Source: Leptospiraceae bacterium | GTDB taxonomy: Bacteria; Spirochaetota; Leptospiria; Leptospirales; Leptonemataceae | Length of the DNA stretch: 64,000 nucleotides | Assembly: GCA_040217195.1 (NCBI GenBank) | Contig: JAVJNR010000008.1 | Location: 288,001 to 352,000 of the forward strand | Reading direction: 5' to 3' | Notes under the pieces: model-generated | Told to the model about the DNA's origin: nothing | Database searches by the model: none | Seen by the model: only the letters and a program-made list of their open reading frames with translations | Made by a program: the position numbers and the translations under genes | In this document: positions 19,860 to 29,849 of the stretch, in pieces | Position numbering within the stretch: the first letter of the stretch is position 1 | Layout: every line of letters starts with the position of its first letter

Positions 19860-21638
19860 ATGATTCAAGGCAATTATTTTGAAGATAATGAGGATATTCG
19901 ACTCCATCTGGAGGAGATCACAGACTGGGAAGAAATCGTAAATGCATATGAAGGTGGCTTTGCAGATGCAAAGGAATACCAGAAGAGCGGCGATGAGAAA
20001 CTGGCTCTGGCTCCTGGAAATGTTAAGGATGCTGTAGATTATTATCGCACAATTATGCAAAGCTCCGGTGAAATCGCCGGTACCATTGTAAGCCAGGCTT
20101 CCCAGAAGATGGACCATGAAGGCCTGAAATACGACAAAGGGACCGTTTCATTTCCCCGGCCCATGGTGGAAGCCTACGAGGCAGTGAAAGAAGCGGGAAT
20201 CATGCCCTATGCCACAAATCGTCGCTTTGGGGGTCTGGGCATTCCTCTATCGGTCCAGACTTTGCTGATGGAAATGACCAGTCGTGCAGATGCATCCTTT
20301 GCAATTGCCATCGGCTGTGTAAACCTGGCCGAGACCGTAGAGAAATTCGGCACTAAAGAAATGATTGAGAAATGGGTACCGGCCATGTCCCGGGGCGAGA
20401 TTGTAGGAGCCATGGCACTTACTGAGCCCAACTACGGATCAGATCTACCCAGTGTTCAGACCAGGGCAGAGCAGGATGAAAATGGTAACTGGAAAATCAC
20501 CGGCACCAAACGGTTCATCACTCATGCATGCGGATTTGATAAATACCCATCTGTAATTCTCACTCTTGCACGAACTGGTAAACCAGAGAGTGGAGCCAGA
20601 GGACTTTCATTTTTTCTTGTGGAAGGCAAAGATGTACACGTGGCCAAGATTGAGCATAAGATGGGACTTCATTGTTCTCCAACATGCGAAGTGGTGTACG
20701 AAGATACTCCGGCGCAGCTCATTGGTGAAACGGGTCAGGGACTTGTTAAGTATGCCATGGAAATGATGAACACTGCTCGCCTTAGCATTGCAGGACAATC
20801 CATGGGAATTGCAGAAGCCGCCTATCAGGAAGCTAAAAAGTACGCCAGCGAAAGAGAGCAGTTTGGAAAACTGATTCAGGAGATTCCTGCTGTAAGGAAG
20901 ATGCTGGATCGCATGGATCGTGAGATCATTGCGATGAGAGCTTTGCTCCAGGAAGCTGCGCGCACCATAGATAACTATCTATGGCGCAAAGAAAGACTGG
21001 TGCATGAAGGTATGTCCGATCGGGATGTGCGAAAGGATGAAACAGTAAGAAGCTGGGAGAAATTGGCCAACTTCTTCACTCCGCTGACCAAGTATTATAT
21101 TTCAGAAACCTGCAATCAGGTAGCTTTCGATGCTCTTCAGATTCATGGAGGCTCCGGATATACAGAAGAATACGATGTAGCTCGAATATATCGAGATGCT
21201 CGAATTACCAATATCTACGAAGGAACTACACAATTGCAGGTTGTGGCAGCCATTGGAGGAATAGTTTCTGGAATGACAGCTAACGGTAATCTCCGGGCCT
21301 ACATTGAACAGGAATTGCAGAAGTTTAAGCCTTCGCAGGCACTTCTTGAAGTGCAGTCCACGTTCGAAGAGATCGTGAATATCTACAAAGAACTAAAGGG
21401 CGATCTGAGAGATGAGCTGGCTTTTGAAGTAGTCCAATCAGCGGCCAGGTTCGTCATGGGATTGCTTGTGGAACGCTCCAATGCTCGTGTAAATGAGGAT
21501 GCAGCCGCGAAACGAAATAAAATGGTTCAGGCATTCAACCTGGAAAGCAAGGCCATTCTACAGAGCAATGTTATTCGCATCCAGAATGGCATCGCATCGG
21601 CCCAGAATTCTGCGCCCAGAGAGGCTGCTGCTGTATAA
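19860..21638 (+). CDS. acyl-CoA dehydrogenase
   Basis: [63 protein letters not shown] before ATG 19860. Confidence 0.93.
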   Translation: MIQGNYFEDNEDIRLHLEEITDWEEIVNAYEGGFADAKEYQKSGDEKLALAPGNVKDAVDYYRTIMQSSGEIAGTIVSQASQKMDHEGLKYDKGTVSFPRPMVEAYEAVKEAGIMPYATNRRFGGLGIPLSVQTLLMEMTSRADASFAIAIGCVNLAETVEKFGTKEMIEKWVPAMSRGEIVGAMALTEPNYGSDLPSVQTRAEQDENGNWKITGTKRFITHACGFDKYPSVILTLARTGKPESGARGLSFFLVEGKDVHVAKIEHKMGLHCSPTCEVVYEDTPAQLIGETGQGLVKYAMEMMNTARLSIAGQSMGIAEAAYQEAKKYASEREQFGKLIQEIPAVRKMLDRMDREIIAMRALLQEAARTIDNYLWRKERLVHEGMSDRDVRKDETVRSWEKLANFFTPLTKYYISETCNQVAFDALQIHGGSGYTEEYDVARIYRDARITNIYEGTTQLQVVAAIGGIVSGMTANGNLRAYIEQELQKFKPSQALLEVQSTFEEIVNIYKELKGDLRDELAFEVVQSAARFVMGLLVERSNARVNEDAAAKRNKMVQAFNLESKAILQSNVIRIQNGIASAQNSAPREAAAV

Positions 21639-22558
21639 TGCATCTTGAGATTGGCCCGTTACGAGTTGGTAAGCCCAGGATCGGAATTGCTCTGGGTTCT
21701 GGCTCGGCGCGGGGCTGGTCTCACATAGGTGTATTTAAAGAGCTGGAAGCCGCCGGTATTGAAATCGACATTGTGACCGGCACCTCAGCCGGGGGAGTTA
21801 TTGGTTCTTTCTTCGCAGCCGATGCTCTGGAGCATGCAGAGGAGTTTGCAGCCAGATATAAGAGTCCAAGAGTTACCCTTTCTTACATGGACTTTTCTGT
21901 GGGCACCGGAGGCCTCATTGGTGGAAAACGATTTGTGGGCTTTCTGGAAGAGTATCTTCCGGTTCGACAATTCTCAGAATTGAAAAGATCCTTCGGTGTG
22001 GTAGCCACAGATCTATCGTCCATGCAAGAAGTGCATATCTCGGATGGTGCTTTGATTCCCGCAGTTCGCGCAACGGTTGCCGTACCTGGTTTTCTATCTC
22101 CGGAGGTTTTTGGAGACTATCAGCTAGTAGACGGCGGACTCTTAAACCCCATTCCTGTGAGCCTGGCCCGAAAGCTGGGGGCGGATATGGTAATTGCGGT
22201 GGACCTGGATGCCCATGCAGTAAGAGAAAAAGCTGAGGGTGTGACCGGAATCATGTATCGCACTATTGATACCATGATGAATCGCATCCGACTGGAAAAC
22301 TTCAAATCCCATCCTGCAGATATAACCATCGAGCCAGTTCTGCAGGATTATGGATTTATGGACTTCCACCGTTCACCCGAGGCCATTGAAGAAGGCAGAC
22401 GAGCAGCCAGAGCCAGGATACCAGAAATCAAACGGATGATCCATCGTCCATTGAGCCGTTCCAGCCGATTGCTGTTTAATCCAGGATCCATTCCGGATGC
22501 ATTGCGCAGCCTGACTCTAAGACAGGAAGCCGAGCACCAATCCAAAAAAGAATCTTGA
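21638..22558 (+). CDS. patatin-like phospholipase (RssA/NTE family)
   Basis: ALGSGSARGWSHIG, GTSAG nucleophile, DGG motif; translationally coupled (TAATG). Confidence 0.92.
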   Translation: MHLEIGPLRVGKPRIGIALGSGSARGWSHIGVFKELEAAGIEIDIVTGTSAGGVIGSFFAADALEHAEEFAARYKSPRVTLSYMDFSVGTGGLIGGKRFVGFLEEYLPVRQFSELKRSFGVVATDLSSMQEVHISDGALIPAVRATVAVPGFLSPEVFGDYQLVDGGLLNPIPVSLARKLGADMVIAVDLDAHAVREKAEGVTGIMYRTIDTMMNRIRLENFKSHPADITIEPVLQDYGFMDFHRSPEAIEEGRRAARARIPEIKRMIHRPLSRSSRLLFNPGSIPDALRSLTLRQEAEHQSKKES

Positions 22559-22710
22559 AGACATAGTCCATACTCTTCGGAAGCTATGGAAACTAAATCC
22601 TACAGGCATTGTTCCATTCAATAGGATACTTATCCAGGTAGAATTGAATGTAGCTGGAATAGAAATCAAAATGCCTTGCCAGGGTCATCAGGGATGTTAG
22701 AAACCGTATC

Positions 22711-22962
22711 ATGTCGGAGAATCCCTATTTGCGATCCATCCGGATTTTTGATCCAGCTGTGGATCTTAGCGAAGATAAACGAAAGAAACCTGCGCGTAAT
22801 GTTGAAACCGGAGAGGACCTTTTTGCAGAGCTCCAGGATACACCACCGGTAGGTACAGCCCCGCGCGCAGAAGAAGAATCCGGTTCTCAGAAATCGTCAT
22901 CCAGCCCTTCGGATGGACTTGAAGTGGTAGAAGACGACTCCATGGAGATCATCGATCTATAA
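22711..22962 (+). CDS. small acidic, probably disordered hypothetical protein
   Basis: 83 aa, D/E/S-rich; ends 2 bp before the next gene. Confidence 0.6.
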   Translation: MSENPYLRSIRIFDPAVDLSEDKRKKPARNVETGEDLFAELQDTPPVGTAPRAEEESGSQKSSSSPSDGLEVVEDDSMEIIDL

Positions 22963-22964
22963 TC

Positions 22965-23867
22965 ATGGCATCTAATAAAACATACATCTCGGTACAATCC
23001 TTTGTTGTAGTTCTTTTTCTACTGGTGGCAGGACTAATTCCGTTTCTTGTCATAGGCGAAAACAGACTCTATCACCAGGTGGTGGTAGTCTCCCTGGGCC
23101 TGGGATTTCTGGCTGCCCTGGCAGCCGTTTTTGTGCTAACCCTTAAAGTGCATAAGCTAAGAAAGGGACCAGAGCCAAAACCCAAAAAAAAAGCCCAGCC
23201 CAGACCGGCCTCTGCACCTCGTCCTGCGACGCAGCCAACTGCGGCCGTAACTCCAAAGGAGCTCTTAGATCCTGGCCTGGTTTATCGATTCCGGCTGGGC
23301 AAGGATAAGTCCCTGGAAAGCCAGTCCAGGCGAGTGGTCATTGGCCGTCATGAAGGGCAGATAAAAACTCACAGTACAGAAATCATAGAAAATCATCTTG
23401 AACTTGAATTTCGCATTCGCCAGGATCCGGACCGGGATATTTACAATACAGATAAGACCCTGATTCAGAAGTATTCCGTTGACCTTCGCAGAGCAGGCAA
23501 AGCCCTGATTTATTTTCCGGACCAGGATGATAAGACCTTTCGAGAGATGAACTCCAGACAGCGGTTATTAATTCAGTCCGAAGCAGATGCAGAGGGGGAT
23601 CCTCATTTTTCCAGCATTCCGTCCGGCAAACCATTGCGCATTCAACTGGGAGACCGACTGCGACACGATGGTAAGTTTGTAGCCGGATACTTTGAATTTC
23701 ATCTGTTCACCAAAGCGGTGGAGGTGGAGGCCGGAAACTATACTCGTATGGACCAGGATTTCTATCTGCGCATCTACCGCATCTTTCCCGGTTATGATAC
23801 ATCGCATCCCTCTCAGGACGGAGCTTATCCCATGATTGATCCATTCCTTTCTCGGGAGGGGGGCTGA
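22965..23867 (+). CDS. membrane-anchored protein with Pro/Lys linker and degenerate FHA-like beta domain
   Basis: Two N-terminal TMs, PEPKPKKKAQPRPASAPRP linker, VVIGRH...NHLELEF pattern. Confidence 0.6.
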   Translation: MASNKTYISVQSFVVVLFLLVAGLIPFLVIGENRLYHQVVVVSLGLGFLAALAAVFVLTLKVHKLRKGPEPKPKKKAQPRPASAPRPATQPTAAVTPKELLDPGLVYRFRLGKDKSLESQSRRVVIGRHEGQIKTHSTEIIENHLELEFRIRQDPDRDIYNTDKTLIQKYSVDLRRAGKALIYFPDQDDKTFREMNSRQRLLIQSEADAEGDPHFSSIPSGKPLRIQLGDRLRHDGKFVAGYFEFHLFTKAVEVEAGNYTRMDQDFYLRIYRIFPGYDTSHPSQDGAYPMIDPFLSREGG

Positions 23868-23921
23868 AGCAATCAAACAGATTAATGAGGCAGCTTCCCC
23901 CAGGATTTAAAAAGGTTATAA

Positions 23922-26900
23922 ATGAGCGATTCCAGTTTTTTTCAATCTGCCACCAGAGTACTCAAAGAGAACCTTCCAATGGCTCGAAAATCCCTGATTA
24001 TTGGGATGGGTGGCTCCGGGATGAAAGGTATTCTTTCCGCCCGGTCCCAAATTGAAAGAGAGATGCCATCGGAGGCGCGAACCTACATGCGCTGGATTGG
24101 CATCGATACAACAGATATTGGGACCAGTATTGAAGGCCAGGGCGAATCCTATCGCTTTCCTGGAAATGAACAGCATTACCAGGAAGATCGAAGAATGCTC
24201 TACATAGGGGCACCCACGCCCTCAGAGCTCAGTCTGAGCTATCTCAAGGGACTGAGGGAGAACGACCCTGCCTATGGCTGGCTTCCGGATCCAGATATCT
24301 ACAGAATCAGTACCAGATCAGGGCAGGGTGCCAATCAAACAAGAGCCCTGGGCAGACTTGCCTTCTTTCATAACTATGAGAAGATTCGCGATGCCCTGAT
24401 TGCAGAAAAGGAACGACTGGAATCCATGAGTAATGATCCAGCTTACTTTAGGCTCATGGATGTGCAGGAAAAGTCTGCTGTTGAGGTTTTGGATCTTGAT
24501 ATTGAACTTAAGCCTGGAAAAACCAGATATCATTTCTCTGACTTTGTTCCCGGTCACAATGATATTCTGGACCTGGAACTGGATGAAGAAACCCGCACTA
24601 TTCTATGTCCTCATATTCCGCTGGAGAAGGTAGGACCCGAAATCTTTCCCAGAGATGATAAAGGTTACTATTTCGAAATCAATCCTGAAAGAGCGGCAAT
24701 GAAGCATCTGGGTTTTCAAATCAAGCATGCTCCCAGGGAAGGACAGATCAGTATTTTCCTCACCGCTTCTGTGGTGGGCGGAACCGGAAATGGAATGCTT
24801 CTGGATATGGCTGCATTGATTCATGATGTATTCAAAGATACATGGCCAGCCCCCAAACTTTACGGTATCATCGTTTTGCCCTCTGCATTTAAACGCGTTG
24901 TATACAATCAGAATGCAAGAGCCAATGCCTATGCTGCATTGAAGGAGCTGGATTTTTTTCAAAGCGGTAACCCCTTCGAAGCCACCTATCCAAATGGACG
25001 GCAGGTAAAACTGGAAGACAGGCTCTTTAAAGATGGGATGCTCTATCTACTGGATGTGGAAAACCTGTCGGGTAACATACTTCAGGACCGAGACCAGGTT
25101 CAGGAATTAACAGGTCAGTTTATACATACTTTTGTAAGCTCAACCGTAGGAGGCGCCATCGAAGAAAGGATGGTAAACGATTCCACAAGGGCCAGCATTT
25201 ACTTTCCTGAGGATGGCTCCGAACCGGCGCGAAGAGCCAGCTATAATTCATTTGGTATTTCCCGGGTCATGTACCCGGTGCCCATTCTACGGGAGATTGG
25301 TTTTAAACTGGCTGCTCTAAGAATCATTAAACGATTCCATGAAAAGGTAAATCCCGGACTGCTTCAGGAAACCTTCGGTGACTTGAACCGGGGCCTGGTC
25401 CGGGCGCTTAGATTAAACTGTGCATTGATCTTTGAAAGAATGTATCCGGATTACAAACTGGACTGGAAAGCTGAATTCAACGGCTACAGAGATAGAATCC
25501 AGCGAAGCATGCGAAGCGGAGATCGTAGCGGCGTAGTTTCCATTCTAGAGCTCATGCGTCGGGACTACGGTCGAGGCGAAATGGAGCACCATAAAGATCG
25601 GTTGATTCGACGAATGGAGAGTCGATGGAGACTGGAACTGGAAAAGGTGCGCCAGGTCATGGAAGAAGCGGTGGCCGAAATAACTGCAGATCCAGCAAGA
25701 GGCTTTCTATTCACCAGAGCTCTACTGGACAAAGTCATGAACCGGCTGGAGTTTTTTCAGGGGATGTGCTACGAAAGCCGGGTAGGACTGAATTTCTATG
25801 CGGATTCTGAAATCGAAGAACAACTTCGTGCCCTGGATACCGGGGATTTCAGCGCAAAGAGAGTGGAAGCAGTTTACACAATGATTCGGCTGAATCATCT
25901 GCAACTAATCCATGAATCCATGCTTCAATCCACCGAGGAATTTCTAAGAGAGTTCAAGAGTGCCCTGTATCAGCTACGAAATGAAACCCTGGCTCCCCTG
26001 GAAGATAGACTTCAGACTCTGGCCCACAGCCTGCACGATGAGATTCAAAAAAGCCATTTCGAATTGCTGCAGAAGAAGAATCCGCTGTTTTTCTACCTGG
26101 TGAATAAGCCTGAAATCAAGGGATTCATCAACCGACATTTTGGTGCAAGACTGAGCCTGGATGATCTATGTAATGAATTGGATTTTCTGGCAATGGACCG
26201 TGGAGACGATACAACTCAGATTGTTCAGACCTATTTAATGGGACGTTTTGGACTGGAAGTTCTAGAAAGAAGCCAGTCTGAAATGGAGGAATTGATCCAT
26301 CAAGAGCTGGGCCTTGAGATTCTACAGAAAAGTCCGGATGAAGCCAGGGAGATCCTCTATGGCCAACAGGGCGACGAGCGACAATGGAAGATCGATGAAG
26401 CAACCATGAACCGCATCGAAGTGGATCGACTACGAGCGGGGCTTTTTCAGGTAATTCAGAAACGATTTGCAGGCTTTTCCTTTGAAAACCTTTCGATTCA
26501 GGATGTACTGCGAGAGAAAAAGATTCATATCAAGAATTTGCTAACGAAGCTAGATACTTATTCGAGGCCCTACACATCGGCCAATTTCAATGGACTTCGT
26601 TCCATGGAATATTTCAGAGCGGTTACACAATTCCCCTTAAATGTATTTGAGGAAGGGGACAGTGCACCTGATAAAGCAAGTAACGATTTGCCTCCCAGGA
26701 TGGATCATTATACCAAGCGTTCATCAGCCAGTCCCAATATCTCTGTAGAATGCTTTGAAGTTCCAAATCTGGTGAAGCCCTATGAAATCATCTCCATGGG
26801 CATTGTACTTGGCTTTCCGCTTTTTCGCATTAATGGCCTGAATGATTGTGTTAACGACTACCACGATCTGATGCACAGAAGAGAACATCCACTCCATCTG

Positions 26901-27749
26901 TTCAACCACCCATCTTTCGATGCAAAGTATTTTCCTGATCCCTACCGTACCAGAAATTATCTGAATCCCAAACAGCTCTGGAATGGACTGATTGAATTTG
27001 AACTCCTTGAAAAAAAAGAAACTGGATACGAATACTCATCCTCCATACACGATGGGATGAAACAGATTCTTGCCGGAGAGTCCTATTCCACAGGAATACG
27101 CAAACTGATGGAAGAGGTACAGGCCATTGGCGGACTGGAAAAAATCAGCCCGGAACTATTGGCTCGATGTCTAGCCGGTCCCGGAATTCTCAAGAAGAAT
27201 CGAGAGGGAAATATTTACTTTCGCAAAGAGTATGATTTGATCCTGCGCGATATTCTAGACGGAGATGGCACCGGGAAGAGAGCCAGCGAATCCAGTTTAT
27301 CTAAAGAGCAATATCTGGAGAAAAATACAAAAGCAATCTATTTCAAAGGAATGACCGACCTGGTAAAATTTGTTTTCTCCAATCCCGGCATTAAATCCTT
27401 CCTGCTTACTGATTTGAATCGAATCTTCCAGGAAACCAGAGGCAGTCAGGTAAGCGGAGCTTCTGTTCAGATTCCACAATCCAAACTAGCGTCAGTTAAG
27501 TTACATAGCTTCAAAGATGAATATGAGTTCTACGACTATTTTCAGACCAACGGCTCTCTGGCCTGGCAGGATTTTCTCAAAAATGAGATTGTTCAGAAAG
27601 TGGATGCAGTTCTTCGAACCTACAGACACCCTCAGGACCCTACGTTGCCAGACCGGGCACGGATGGAATCCTATCTAGAGCAGCGAAAAGCCTCAATTCC
27701 ATTTGTAGCTCTATGGGAATTGAAGGTGAAGCATGGAGTGATTCGCTAG
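23922..27749 (+). CDS. large tubulin/FtsZ-like GTPase (Tubulin_2 / FtsZ-like-1 type) with long helical C-terminus
   Basis: IIGMGGSG (T1), IGIDT, GANQTRALGRLAF (T3), SVVGGTGNG (tubulin signature loop), ANAYAALKEL; 1275 aa. Confidence 0.88.
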   Translation: MSDSSFFQSATRVLKENLPMARKSLIIGMGGSGMKGILSARSQIEREMPSEARTYMRWIGIDTTDIGTSIEGQGESYRFPGNEQHYQEDRRMLYIGAPTPSELSLSYLKGLRENDPAYGWLPDPDIYRISTRSGQGANQTRALGRLAFFHNYEKIRDALIAEKERLESMSNDPAYFRLMDVQEKSAVEVLDLDIELKPGKTRYHFSDFVPGHNDILDLELDEETRTILCPHIPLEKVGPEIFPRDDKGYYFEINPERAAMKHLGFQIKHAPREGQISIFLTASVVGGTGNGMLLDMAALIHDVFKDTWPAPKLYGIIVLPSAFKRVVYNQNARANAYAALKELDFFQSGNPFEATYPNGRQVKLEDRLFKDGMLYLLDVENLSGNILQDRDQVQELTGQFIHTFVSSTVGGAIEERMVNDSTRASIYFPEDGSEPARRASYNSFGISRVMYPVPILREIGFKLAALRIIKRFHEKVNPGLLQETFGDLNRGLVRALRLNCALIFERMYPDYKLDWKAEFNGYRDRIQRSMRSGDRSGVVSILELMRRDYGRGEMEHHKDRLIRRMESRWRLELEKVRQVMEEAVAEITADPARGFLFTRALLDKVMNRLEFFQGMCYESRVGLNFYADSEIEEQLRALDTGDFSAKRVEAVYTMIRLNHLQLIHESMLQSTEEFLREFKSALYQLRNETLAPLEDRLQTLAHSLHDEIQKSHFELLQKKNPLFFYLVNKPEIKGFINRHFGARLSLDDLCNELDFLAMDRGDDTTQIVQTYLMGRFGLEVLERSQSEMEELIHQELGLEILQKSPDEAREILYGQQGDERQWKIDEATMNRIEVDRLRAGLFQVIQKRFAGFSFENLSIQDVLREKKIHIKNLLTKLDTYSRPYTSANFNGLRSMEYFRAVTQFPLNVFEEGDSAPDKASNDLPPRMDHYTKRSSASPNISVECFEVPNLVKPYEIISMGIVLGFPLFRINGLNDCVNDYHDLMHRREHPLHLFNHPSFDAKYFPDPYRTRNYLNPKQLWNGLIEFELLEKKETGYEYSSSIHDGMKQILAGESYSTGIRKLMEEVQAIGGLEKISPELLARCLAGPGILKKNREGNIYFRKEYDLILRDILDGDGTGKRASESSLSKEQYLEKNTKAIYFKGMTDLVKFVFSNPGIKSFLLTDLNRIFQETRGSQVSGASVQIPQSKLASVKLHSFKDEYEFYDYFQTNGSLAWQDFLKNEIVQKVDAVLRTYRHPQDPTLPDRARMESYLEQRKASIPFVALWELKVKHGVIR

Positions 27750-27761
27750 AGATTCGGTACA

Positions 27762-27790
27762 TAAAAAAGGGCCGCCATTGCGACCCTTTA
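27762..27790 (-). terminator. intrinsic terminator downstream of tRNA-Pro (possibly bidirectional)
   Basis: Minus strand AAAGGGTCGC-AATG-GCGGCCCTTTTTT. Confidence 0.75.
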
Positions 27791-27791
27791 T

Positions 27792-27863
27792 TCGGGATGA
27801 CTGGATTTGAACCAGCGACCACTCGCCCCCCAGACGAGTGCGCTACCACTGCGCCACATCCCG
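27792..27863 (-). tRNA. tRNA-Pro (GGG), CCA not encoded
   Basis: Reverse complement CGGGATG TGGCGCAGTGGTAGCGCA CTCGT CTGGGGG GCGAG TGGTC GCTGGTTCAAATCCAGT CATCCCG A folds into a cloverleaf with anticodon GGG. Confidence 0.96.
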
Positions 27864-27918
27864 TTGCAATCCAGAAAAGGATGTTCGGCTTCCATGTCAA
27901 GGCCAACTCCAACAGGGC

Positions 27919-28776
27919 CTATTGAATCAACTCAAGGATTCTGGTGACCTGACCATCCTCCACTGCATCCATGAGCAGCCCGGTCAGTTCCGAAACATCG
28001 GCATCGGATTCAATTCTGAGCCTTACGTCCAGGTAACCGGCCTCCAGATGATCCGGTATTATAAAGCTCAGGTTCTTATGGGAAGGTAACTTCTTTTGGA
28101 GTTTGAATACTCGGTCCTGCATCCCGCTGATTTCCGGATATCGCATTTGATAGATCTGATCCCGAATTTGCTCTGCGGGAAAATTGCCACTACGGGCCTT
28201 CCAGTTAGCGGAGAATTCCAGAGCCTGCTTCAAACCATGCTCCTGCAGCTCCGGAGATAGATCATGATAGTATTGGATGATTTCTTTGATTATATTCTTG
28301 CGAAAATTTCGTTCCTGCCAGAGTTGAATCCAGGGCTTTCTGCTATCTTTCATTCTCTCCCATAGGCGAAGTATGTTCAGAGGAAGATCATATAAAAGGA
28401 AAAGCTCTTCACTCAATGCATCCAGGGCAGCCCATTCTTTCCATTCCTCCCGGCTTCGGTAATGGGCTTTCCAGCCCAGAGCGCGAATTAATCCATCTGG
28501 AGCAATATCCAGATCCTCTGTGAATCGAGCCAGAGCAGGTATGTTCCGTTCCACAAACCTGAGTAGAAAGGACCAGGTTGAATCATTCTCCAGTTCGGAC
28601 TCAGAGAGTTGAAGCAAGGCAAAGTTACTTGTGGAATCCTGACTCGTTATGTCCAGGTATTGGCCTTCTGAAGGAGCGGCCATCCACTGCTTTTCAGTTC
28701 TTACCAGGATACCCCGGGAGCTCAGCGGAGCCTCAATAGAATCGATTGGCCATTGATTTAGTACTGCCCATTCCAT
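27919..28776 (-). CDS. hypothetical protein; C-terminus resembles that of some ParB-like proteins
   Basis: MRYPEIS...KLP...IPDHLEAGYL..RIES..DV pattern; no recognisable ParB N-terminal GxxRxxA motif; probable start MEWAVL at 28776. Confidence 0.55.
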   Translation of the reverse strand: MEWAVLNQWPIDSIEAPLSSRGILVRTEKQWMAAPSEGQYLDITSQDSTSNFALLQLSESELENDSTWSFLLRFVERNIPALARFTEDLDIAPDGLIRALGWKAHYRSREEWKEWAALDALSEELFLLYDLPLNILRLWERMKDSRKPWIQLWQERNFRKNIIKEIIQYYHDLSPELQEHGLKQALEFSANWKARSGNFPAEQIRDQIYQMRYPEISGMQDRVFKLQKKLPSHKNLSFIIPDHLEAGYLDVRLRIESDADVSELTGLLMDAVEDGQVTRILELIQ

Positions 28777-28831
28777 GACGCCAGAATGAAAAATGCCTGT
28801 GCACCAACAACTCAGTTCTGCTCCTGAACCT

Positions 28832-29659
28832 ATGGCCATCCAACGTATTCTTTGCCTGGGCCGGAGTTTCACCGGAACCTATCTGTCCCGGGAATTCCCG
28901 GTGGAAGTACGCTTTCTGAGCCGCGATACAACAGATTTTGACTCTAATTTTGAACCAGACATGATTCTGGATACAGTTCCATCTGTGCAGGAAGGTGATC
29001 AAATACTCAATCCTCTTTATCGCACTGCGACCGATCATCTGGAAATCCCCTACATTCATGTTTCCAGCACTTCGGTGTATCCAGCGTCAACCCATGGAAT
29101 CCTGGAAGTGGATGAAGCTTCGGCCAGCGGGACCACAGATAAATGTATGCGTCGTTTGAGAGTAGAAGAGGCCGTGCTGCAGCATCGTCCTGAGGCGCTC
29201 ATTTTACGTTCCGGTGGACTTTATGGTCCGGGAAGGAGCCTACCTCATTTTCTGGCCTCCGGTAAAAGCAGATTCTTCGAAAGAGGTAATGAAATCATTT
29301 CTCGCATACATGTTCACGATCTATGTAGAATTATTCTGGCCGCCGCAGCTAAAATGCAAGCATCGGAGGATCACTTTCCTGGATTTAACAGGAAACGATT
29401 GATTAACGGTGTGGATCCCAATCCTTCATCTGTGGAAGAAACCAGACAGTATCTGGAACAGTTCTATACACTTCCCGAAATTCGCAAGGCCCTGGAGAAG
29501 CAGGGGTTTGCAGCTCCGGAATCGCTGCCCTTGCCCCCGGACGTTCCTGGACAACGGAAGGTGTGCAGCCGGTACACGGAACAATTGATCGGTCGATTCC
29601 GCTTCCCTGACTTTAAAAGCGGGTTTATGGATTCCATGCTTCGCGCTTCGCAGCCATAA
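28832..29659 (+). CDS. atypical SDR / NAD-dependent epimerase (YeeZ-like)
   Basis: LCLGRSFTG, HVSSTSVY, LRSGGLYGPGR, SRIHVHDL, FRFPDFKSG. Confidence 0.8.
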   Translation: MAIQRILCLGRSFTGTYLSREFPVEVRFLSRDTTDFDSNFEPDMILDTVPSVQEGDQILNPLYRTATDHLEIPYIHVSSTSVYPASTHGILEVDEASASGTTDKCMRRLRVEEAVLQHRPEALILRSGGLYGPGRSLPHFLASGKSRFFERGNEIISRIHVHDLCRIILAAAAKMQASEDHFPGFNRKRLINGVDPNPSSVEETRQYLEQFYTLPEIRKALEKQGFAAPESLPLPPDVPGQRKVCSRYTEQLIGRFRFPDFKSGFMDSMLRASQP

Positions 29660-29849
29660 TAGACCGGATCGGAAATCTTCGCCATCCGTCAGAGTTACTT
29701 TGGTTTGCCTGTCAGGGAGGTTCCCGGCAATGATTTTATGGGGTAATCATGGTATAAACCAAATTACAGATAGCCCGATTTCTCCACCAGGATCAGGGGG
29801 CCCGACAGTGGATGAAAAAAACGAATCAGATGTATTTGCGAAACTAATC

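Noticed and set aside
24430..24745. Intein as the explanation of the insertion in the tubulin-like domain
   Set aside because: No N-terminal C/S splice motif or C-terminal HN-C/S/T motif.
22559..27863. Tubulin-like operon as an island integrated at tRNA-Pro
   Set aside because: No integrase, no duplicated tRNA 3' end seen near 22560-22710, and no obvious compositional shift by eye.
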